Positions 55,623-64,000 of a stretch of 64,000 nucleotides of DNA are shown here, in pieces. The position numbers were made by a program, and so were the translations under genes. The notes beneath the pieces were generated by a model. That model had not been told where the DNA came from and did not search any database. It saw only the letters and a list, made by a program, of their open reading frames with translations. Position 1 is the first letter of the stretch, and each line of letters opens with the position of its first letter. Source of the stretch: Eledone cirrhosa (lineage: Eukaryota); NCBI GenBank assembly GCA_964016885.1, contig OZ024742.1:297724001-297788000 (forward strand). The letters are read 5' to 3'.

Positions 55623-58600
55623 ATGACCTCACTCAGAATAGGCAGCATAAATGCGCGTGGCTTGGGGTCGTCATGGAAGCAGGGTCACCTGCTCAACGAC
55701 CTCAGGTCACTAAACATAGATGTAGTGGCCATCAGCGAGACCAGAATCTCCGAAGCACGGGCCTTCGCACCGATCTTCGGCGGCTACGATGTGTACGCAT
55801 CTCCCAGCCGTCCTGGATCGGGGGGAGGAGTTGCTGTGCTTTTTCGGAGAGGTTTGGATCTCCTGGACCCATCTTCCTGGACCCAGAGGGTAAGTTGGTG
55901 GTGCTGGACGTGACCAGCGGAGACGGGCAAGCTTTCAGGCTAGTGGCCGTCTATGCCCCGACAGAGGTAGGGCGCCTGATTTCTTCCGGCGTCTGGAGAC
56001 CTTTCTTGGAACGTCCCGCTCTTTAGTGTTAGTGGGCGACTGGAGCGGGATCTTAGATGCACGCTGGAACTGTGTGGGATTAGCGGATAGGGGTGGAGGG
56101 TGCAGGAGCCTCACCAACCTGCTCAGGCGCTTTGAACTGTCTGACAGGTACCGATTGGATTTCCCGAATGTGCCAATGTGGACTTGGACAAATCGCATAT
56201 GGTCATCCAGATCATATCTAGAGTATTTTGTAGGGAAATAGATAGGTCTAGCATAGGCTGTCCACAATTCAAGATAGTCAGCTACACGGACCACAAATTC
56301 GTGATCTGTCTGCTTGACTTAGATAGGCTTCATAGACGAAGACCCGGCTAGTGGAAGCTAAACGCGTCCTTACCAGCGCGCAAGGCCTACAGAGACCGGA
56401 TTAGCGAACTAGTTAAGCGGGCGTTGACGGGGGCCATCGTCAACAACAAGTGGTGGTTTGCTCTGAAAAGAGCGATTAGAATAGAATCCATTAGGTTTAG
56501 TAAGGCGTTAGCAATAAAGAAAAATAGAGCAGAGGGAGAACTAGTTAGAAAATTAGACGAGGCGCTTAGCAAAGGCATTGTGACTGACGTGCTTGCGGCG
56601 AAATTGGCCCTTGACCAATTCTTCAATGCAAAGCACGAAGGCTGCGTTGTCAGAGCTAGGGTGCGTGCTCTCAGACACGAGGGGACGAAAGCCGTTCAAT
56701 AGGCCCGAGTGGCGGAGGCGCGTCGTGGCAACAAAGCCACGATCCGGTCTTTGGTGGACCACGACGGGCGCATGCTACTCGAACCCGGGCAAATGTCTGA
56801 AGCTTTTCAGCCACACTTCACTCAGCTGTTCGGGGGGCAGTGGTGGGCCGGGTCGAGGGATGGACTTTAGTGTCTACCTCGACAGACTGCCGCAGCTCTC
56901 GACCACTGAGGCGGAGTGTTGAGAAAAGCCGATAACAGCCGCTGAAGTAAGGGAGGCAATGACTGGCTGCACAAGGGGTAAATCGCCTGGTTTGGATGGT
57001 CTGCCGTATGAACTTTACGTACAGATGCCAGACTTGTTCGGAGGCCTCTTGGTGGACGTCTACTGCAACTGGCAACAGAACGGGAGAATTCCCAGTTCTG
57101 TGAGCCGAGGAGCAGTGGCACTGCTGAGAAAGGATCCGAACAAGGGGGATAACATAGATAATTTCAGGCCCATAACTCTGCTAAACACAGAGTTCAAGAT
57201 TTTGGCCAAGGTGCTAGCAAAGAGGTTGGCGCTTGTCGTTGGTGGTCTGGTGGGAGAGGCGCAGACATGCGCCATTCCCGACAGATCCATCCACGACAAC
57301 CTCCACCTCATGTGATACATCGTAGAGAGGGTAGCTAGGGAACCTGGCACGGGTGGGTCCTTGATCAATTTAGATCAGTCGAAAGCTTTCGATAGGGTCG
57401 ACCATCGTTACCTAGCGGCAGTCCTGAGGGCGGCTGGCTTTGGGCCCGTCTTCAGAGGCTGGATCGCTGCCATGCACAGCGACATCTGCTCTGTGGTGAG
57501 AGTGAACGGTCACCTTTCGGAACCGTTCAACATCATGCGCTCGGTCCGCTAAGGATGTCCCCTCTCGTCCCTCTTGTACGTATTGACTCTCGAGCCATTA
57601 CTGCACAAACTGGAGACGTTGAGGGGCGTCCTGCGCGAACTAGGATGCGGAAGATCCGTGTCAGCATATGCGGACGGTGTCACTGTAGTGGTGTCGAACG
57701 CCAAACACATCGAGGCGATTGGCACTACACTAAGAGAATACGAAGCGGTGACAGGAGCAATGATCAACCAAGAAAAGTCAGTGGGCCTGCAGCTTGGCAC
57801 CTGGAGAGGCAGGTCCATGCCGTCCAACAGCGTCGTCGGACGCTGGACGGACGGACCGGTTAAATTGCTAGGGGTCTGGTTCGGTCCGGACCTCCAGATG
57901 GACAAAAACTGGGACGAGGTGACGAGCAGGGTGGCTTCTCTCACCCAGAAATAGGCGGAGAGGAAGCTATCCCTGAAAGGTCGAGCGGAGGTGGCTATCA
58001 CGTACATCGCGTCTGTCATCTGCTACCGCCTGACCGTCGTACCTTGTCCTAAGACTCGCCTGACTGCGCTGGAGCGTTTACTCTTTCGCTTTTTGTGGAA
58101 GGGACGCGCTCCGATGGTCAGGCGGTCCATCTGTTGTCAACACCCGCTACGTGGAGGGCTGGGCATGCCGTGCCTGATGATGTGCAGGCACGTGTGCTCA
58201 GGCTACGACATCTCCACCTCTTCCTCGACGGTGATCAGATGTGGTCGCCGTTTGCTAGACACGTATTTCCCCAGCTCGTTTCCTTGACGGAGCTGCAGTC
58301 CTGGGTCAAGCGAAGACCGAGAGGGAGCGCCTGGAGACTGGAATGTCTTCAGGCGCTCACAGCCCTCGACCAATCGGGCAATGTCATCGGTGGAAACTCC
58401 ACCTCGGCGTTCTATAGAGGATTAGTGGAGGGGAAGAGCGACGACGTACTTGGGGAAACTCTAGGCGTCGACGAAAATCAACTAGCCAATCTCTTTGGAA
58501 GAACTTTCGGGCCAGGGCCTATGGACAACTTCCAGAAATCTCTGGCCTGGCAGTGCTACCGAGGAGCCTTGCCAGTTCGGGATAAACTCTACAGGCATGG

Positions 58601-59036
58601 AGGTGCCGTCAGCCGGGCATGTCCGAGATGCGCGCAGGGCGACGAAACCGTCCTGCACGCACTCGTCCAGTGTCCGAAAATTGCTGACTTGTGGGTTTAT
58701 GTCGAACACCTGCTGTCGCATGTAGGATGGATCCAGCTATCATCTGAGTCCATCGTGAGGATTGCCCCGCCCTCCTCCTTTAGCCGGGAAGGGCAGGCAG
58801 TTTTTATCTGTCTGGTGGCCATGGCGAAAGAGATAGTATGGTGGACACGTTTGAAAGGGCTGAAGACGAGCACTTATCTCTTCGGTGATGCCCTGATTGA
58901 CTTTTTCAAATTTCATTTGAAAAGGAAAATCAGAGTAGAGAGGGAAGTGCTCTCTTCCCAGCATTTTGTTGAAAGATGGGTGAGAGAAGCAAGAATGGCC
59001 CGAGTGAATGGGCCTACTCTGAGTATATATCTGTAA
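55623..59036 (+). pseudogene. Tx1-like ORF2 (AP endonuclease-reverse transcriptase), multiple stops and frameshifts
   Basis: MTSLRIGSINARGL..SET, VYAP, LVGDW (APE); KSPGLDG, FRPITLLN, LDQSKAFDRV, VR*GCPLS, AYADG (RT, with YADD mutated); CPRC...ETVLHALVQC (C-terminal Zn motif). Confidence 0.92.
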
Positions 59037-59287
59037 ATTAAAGGTGGAAAACTGGGAGAGGGCACTTGCCTTAGTGGTCAGGGTCACTGTGGCCTTTTAC
59101 TGGACTTTCTCCACAAATGTCCCTCAGAAGTCTCCCCCCTATTGGGGAATTTTTCATTGTTATTTTTTTGTTACATCCTCTGTTTTTGTTTTTTACACGC
59201 AGAAATGCCCATTTGTACCGTACTGTATTGTCCTGCACTGTCCTTAATGTCTACTTTATGTAAACCCTTGTGGTTAATAAAGAAATC

Positions 59288-59540
59288 TTTCTTCTTCTTC
59301 TTCTTCTTCTTCTTCTTCTTTTCCCACTTATTCCTGAGAGAGTTGTAGGGCAGCACCTCAAACACTCCTTCTAGCAGGTCTTCTCAGAAGCAACCGTCTC
59401 CAACTGATCTGGTTAGATCCCCAAGTGTGACCAGCCAAGTTCATGGATGTTATCCAACCCTCTTGCTCGGGGTCTACCCCTGGGTCTCCTACCAATTGGT
59501 TTTACTCATAAAAGAGACATTCTAACCACATGCCCATAGT
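59288..59540 (-). mobile_element. 3' fragment of an RTE-like LINE with (GAA)n tail, abutting the Tx1 3' end
   Basis: The minus strand reads YGHVVRM...KPIGRRPRGRPRAR.. and ends ggaataagtggg(aag)n; resembles the 25.8-26.4 kb family. Confidence 0.65.
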
Positions 59541-59930
59541 ATTATTATTATTCTGTATAGCAAAAATAAATCATGAAAATGTGAAAATAATCTAAAGCTT
59601 ATCTTGAATGAACTGAAAACAAATTTAATTTAGAAAACTTTCTGATACACATTTAATGAATCTTGATTCAATAGCAGAAAGAAGTTGATGTACAATTCTC
59701 TTTCAAACTGACTGAATGTAAATGTCAGCTATGTACATGTCAGGTGAAAGGTTAACTTCTTACCTTTTCCATGTTGACTAGAGTAGCAGCTGTCAAAGAG
59801 AATGTCAGGACACTACCATTTCAAAAGTTGTAATATTATTGAATAGTCTAAGCTCTTATGTTAGTTTACCTTTACATTTAAACCAACATTTTAAAAAATA
59901 AAATAACTGTTAAATAAAATGTTCACTTAC

Positions 59931-60071
59931 TGTTAGTTTACTGCTTGATAAGATAAAATGAACTGTATGTGCAACATCTGCTGCATGGAGTAAATTGTGA
60001 TATGGATTTTTGTATTTTGTGTACCCTGCTTCCATACAGCTTAAGAAAGCATCTAGCGCTGAGGTATTGAT
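59931..60071 (-). CDS. PDE1: PDE1 coding exon with the first metal-binding motif
   Basis: ttatAG|ATC...ACA|GTaagt; 141 nt; INTSALDAFLSCMEAGYTKYKNPYHNLLHAADVAHTVHFILSSSKLT contains the PDEase NPYHN..HAADV motif. Not in the ORF track. Confidence 0.96.
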
Positions 60072-62638
60072 CTATAAACAAACAAAAGAAAAGTAAACAT
60101 TGTTAGGTATATTTTACTGAGAAACCCTTTTGATAGCTAATTGAATGAAACTGCTCTTCATTTTAAATTTACTTTAAAATCTTCTATCATAATTTTATGT
60201 AAGAACATTTAAGTTATGTTTCAAAAACCAGCTTAATAATGAGAAAGTTATATTACTAAACCCTCGAAATTCTTGATTGTGGGAAATCTGTCATGGGACA
60301 CACAAGGCTAATCCCATTGTGTATTAGAAAAAATGGTCTTAAAAAATTTTTTGTAGTTGTCATATAGAAAAAGCTGCACCACAATATCCTAACTGAAGTC
60401 AGAATGTATGTTTTTAAATGTAATTTAAAAATGTATAAATTTGTACTGAATAAAAAATAATTCTTATTCAACATAGAACAATGCATGATTCTAAATAGGA
60501 ATCAGTTTTATTTCTTTGTTAAAACCAATAGTTATAAATAGTATATGAATAATATTCATTAATTACATAAAGGGCAAACTATCATACCTCATTCTTTATT
60601 TCTTTTTTTTTAAAAATCAATAAATAATCACCAATAATCTGTTTAATTAAGCCATAATAATTTTTGAAATAAATAAGTAGGTTCTTCTCATCAAAGAATT
60701 TTATAAGCACATTCTCTCTATAATGGTTGCTGTATGAATCTGGTTTAGGATAGGTTCCCAATATCCTGATGTGTTGTAACAGGCAACCAGTATTGTTAGC
60801 ACCGGGAAGGGAATATGACCATAAAATATTCATGGTGTTCCAGTACCAGGGAAGGCTCCTGATACATGTAAGAAAGCAATATAATCAGTTGACTTTTCAC
60901 ATCTTTTTACATATTGGTTATTTTGAAGATCACCAGAATGAGCCAGTTAATGCCTGGACAAGAAGATCTGATTGCTGCATCTTTCAGATTGATTATTTGT
61001 CTTATATTCCTTTCCTGTTAGCCAAATCTTGGCGGTTGTAACCCACCCATCAATTACAGCAATAGCGATGTGGAAAGAAAGCAACACAAGTATTTATTAC
61101 TGCTAAACACCAATTTTTGAGTCAATGACAATAGAAAACAACTATGTTAGGAATAATATATATTTATTTCGGTTTGCCACCACCATCACATTCTGTTTTC
61201 AGGAAAAAGATGATTTACACCTGCAATATCATGAAATGTAAGGTAAGGATGTAAACTTTTGTTTTATTTTACTCCCACTTTCAATCCTTTATTTCTAATT
61301 TGCATTGCATTAGCTTTCTTGAAACAAATTTGCTGTTCAGTCAAGAAGGGTAGGGCCGTACTAATGTGAACCACATTTTTGAGGTTGTGACCCATCCATC
61401 AAGTGCCGCAAGAGGGATGTGGAAAGAAAGCAAGTACGTATTACTCCTAAACACGTTTTTGAGTCAATGACAACAGAAAACAACTAGTTTCACTCAAAGT
61501 CAATAGAAGTTTTCATCAATGGAATGAGAAAATATGTTTGAAGTAATGAAGAGACCTCTGCTTCTCTCTGTAGCAAAAAAATATTTTTTTCTTTTTTTGT
61601 TACTGCTTAATCAAGAGAGGAACTCATCATCATCATTCTATGTCCTCTTTCCACACTGGCATGGGTTGGATAGGTTGTCAGTGAGACCAATTGTACTTAT
61701 TACATTCCATATCTGGAATAGTTCTTATGGCTGGATGCTCTTTCTAATGCTAATCATCTTACAAGGTATACTGGGCACATTTTTCATTACACCAGCATGA
61801 TCAGTTTACAGTGTATAAAACAATATAAAATAGAAGAACAATAAAAACCTTTCTGAATATACATGACAACATACAGATCTTTATATTAACCACCAAACTC
61901 ATCAGGAAAACATGTATAATATTTATATTCAGTTTTGGTAGTGTGGCTCAATGTTATTTCCATTAATAATTCTAATTTCTATTTTTTTATTTTTTTTATC
62001 AAACATATATGAACAGTTTATATTTTTTATAACTAGATTAAAAGTACTTTTATGTTTTGTCTTCCAGTCAAATAGTATTGATGAGCTATTTAAAAGAATG
62101 AAAACTCCAGGATATCTGAAATAAAACAACAATAGATGAAGAAGTCCATTCACAAGAATGAACCCTGCATGTTAGCTTGCTCTTTTGGTGAATCTCCCTC
62201 ACCCTCCTGTGGGATATTGCATATGCCATTCTTTCCACCATGGCTATGAAGCAAAACCAGCATTGAATATTATGTAGATTAAGTTGTCTTAAATGAATAA
62301 AATGTTATGTACTTATATTATAATTAAGTAACCATAACAAGAGATCTTTTTTCAGCAACACGCATTTGAAATGTCACTTTTAATAAACATGCTTTAATTC
62401 AAGGTGATAGCTGTAATTTTACAGCTTCACTTATCTAATAGATGGTAGAGACAGATGAACTAGAAAATACTCTTTTACATCAAACTTGAAATTAATACAT
62501 CTATTTGACAAGACATTTATTTAAAATATTCTCAATTTTCTCCATAATTATGTCTACCTGATATTTTCTTTTCAATTTCATCATAGGAGTTTTAACAGTA
62601 ATTAGAAGAAAAAAATATTTTAGAAGTAAAAGACTTAC

Positions 62639-62749
62639 TTTGAATTTATTGAGTAAATCATATTTCTGAAGCAGTTCATAACCAACGTATTTGAGTGCAT
62701 GAGAATCTTCATTGGTTGCAAACACATCAAAACTCCAGTCATCTAGATT
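62639..62749 (-). CDS. PDE1: PDE1-type phosphodiesterase, coding exon (first in window; upstream exons lie beyond 64000)
   Basis: ttttcAG|AAT...AAA|GTaagt; 111 nt, phase 0-0; NLDDWSFDVFATNEDSHALKYVGYELLQKYDLLNKFK matches the start of the PDE1 catalytic domain (W.FDVF). Confidence 0.93.
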
Positions 62750-63273
62750 CTGAAAATAATAATTCAAAAAGAATTTAATAAGTTATTTCAAAGAAATTAT
62801 AATGACTATATACAATGCATGGCACTTGAATTAAACAACTTTTATATAGCATAATACACAAATCTACTTAGATTTGTTAGAATCAGCTTTTGAAACATTT
62901 TAAACTGTCTTTGTGACAATAAAGTGTTCTAGTAATAGCTTTCTTTCAAGGAGAATTATACAAAAAAACATTTGATTACTACAAAATAATGTTTTTATTC
63001 TCCCTAAATACTTGAAATATTACAAATCAAGATTTTATGTTATCTGAAAAAAAGACTCTTAGTTACTTAGGTAACAATGTTGACGTTAATTGACTGTATA
63101 ATTAACTCTTAATATCCTGTAGTGATTTAGCAGAAGATATCTAAAAACAGATTTGTTACTTCAAATGTTTGTAGCATCTTTAATAGTGGACAGATCATTG
63201 TACAAATATAATCTTCAGTATTAGAGATTAGACTTTAATTTTTATTATGATGCAATCATAGTGCTTTTTAATA

Positions 63274-63496
63274 ATTGTTTCTACTATAGGCACAAGGCCA
63301 GTAATTTGGGGCGGAGAGGGAGGGCAAAGTCGATTAAATCGACCCCAGTGCATTACTGGTGCTTTTTTATCGACCCCGCAAGGATGAAAGGCAAAGTTAA
63401 CCTCGGCGAGATTTGAACTCAGACTGTAAAGGACCGTAACTCTATGCTGCAAAGCATGGTGTTCGACTCTCTACCGATACTGCCAATCCACCGCCC
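63274..63496 (-). mobile_element. tRNA-derived SINE, full-length young copy (Meta/MESC-like core)
   Basis: Minus strand: gggcggtggattggcagtatcggtagag (A box) ... gagttcaaatc (B box) ... gcctttcatccttgcggggtcgataaaa.aagcaccag core ... (tta) tail; the sequence atagtgctttttaataat occurs on both sides (TSD-like). Confidence 0.88.
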
Positions 63497-64000
63497 TATA
63501 GTGCTTTTTAATAATGCCATGCTAATGTGGTTTCATGCAGTACAGGATGTTAAGAGTTAATATACTTAAGTATATTTTACACTATAAGTTTTAGCTATGC
63601 ATATATTTTAATTGATTTTTCAGATTTATAGTAGGCTACAGAGAATTCCTTTACAGATTGCAAATGGACTGTGGAATATGTTGGGAATAATGTTATATAT
63701 TTAGCAGAGAGGCTCAGTTTTCCACCACCATCACATTTCATTTTCAGAAAAAAAGTGATTTGCACCTCCAATATCATGAATTGTAAGGTAAATGTTTTAG
63801 TTTAATTCCACTCTCGCTCCTTTATTTCTAACTTGAATTGTATTAACTTTCCTGAAACGAGTTTGCAGTTCAGTCAGGGGCTTTAAATCATCATAATCAT
63901 TGTTTAATATCTATTTTCCATGCTAGCATGGGTTAGATGAGTTGCCCTGTTGTGAGACAAGCCAGGTCAGATGCCCATGTCTTGCTCATATAGAATTGGT

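Larger units (their letters stand above)
53285..59287 (+). mobile_element. Near full-length non-LTR retrotransposon, L1/Tx1 clade, disrupted, antisense in a PDE1 intron
   Basis: GC-rich 6 kb island with ORF1 (CCHC knuckle) and ORF2 (APE, RT, C-terminal Cys motif); AATAAA at 59276-59281, then (TTC)n. The 5' boundary is uncertain (53285-53500). Confidence 0.9.

Noticed and set aside
42716-59287. Either LINE as a currently active element
   Set aside because: Both have multiple in-frame stops and frameshifts; the Tx1 RT has YADG instead of YADD.
63400-63496. tRNA gene candidates (A/B boxes), also at about 800, 9200 and 51560
   Set aside because: These are SINE heads fused to core and tail sequence; no complete cloverleaf.

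Overview
AT-rich, repeat-dense animal genomic DNA, most likely an octopod cephalopod (inferred from the SINE/LINE families and the large (TA)n tracts). The only host gene is the 3' part of a Ca2+/calmodulin-dependent cyclic-nucleotide phosphodiesterase (PDE1-type) on the minus strand. I reconstructed 10 coding exons (62749 down to the stop at 24816), all with GT-AG boundaries and consistent phases; several are missing from the ORF track. The introns hold a near-full-length but disrupted Tx1/L1-type LINE (about 53.3-59.3 kb), a 5'-truncated RTE LINE with an embedded PHD finger (42.7-45.95 kb), about 20 copies of a tRNA-derived SINE nearly all on one strand, TTAA-flanked MITEs and older LINE debris. 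The most striking unannotated signal is a set of short fold-back elements in or beside (TA)n tracts. They come from at least four unrelated sequence families, carry type-I hammerhead ribozyme motifs in their arms, and most share a GTACTCAATA-like terminal motif. They look like Penelope-type/retrozyme-like mini-elements; one has an intact catalytic core on the transcribed strand of a PDE1 intron. Ribozyme folds were paired by eye and not computed. The many YI/IY ORFs are microsatellite artefacts.
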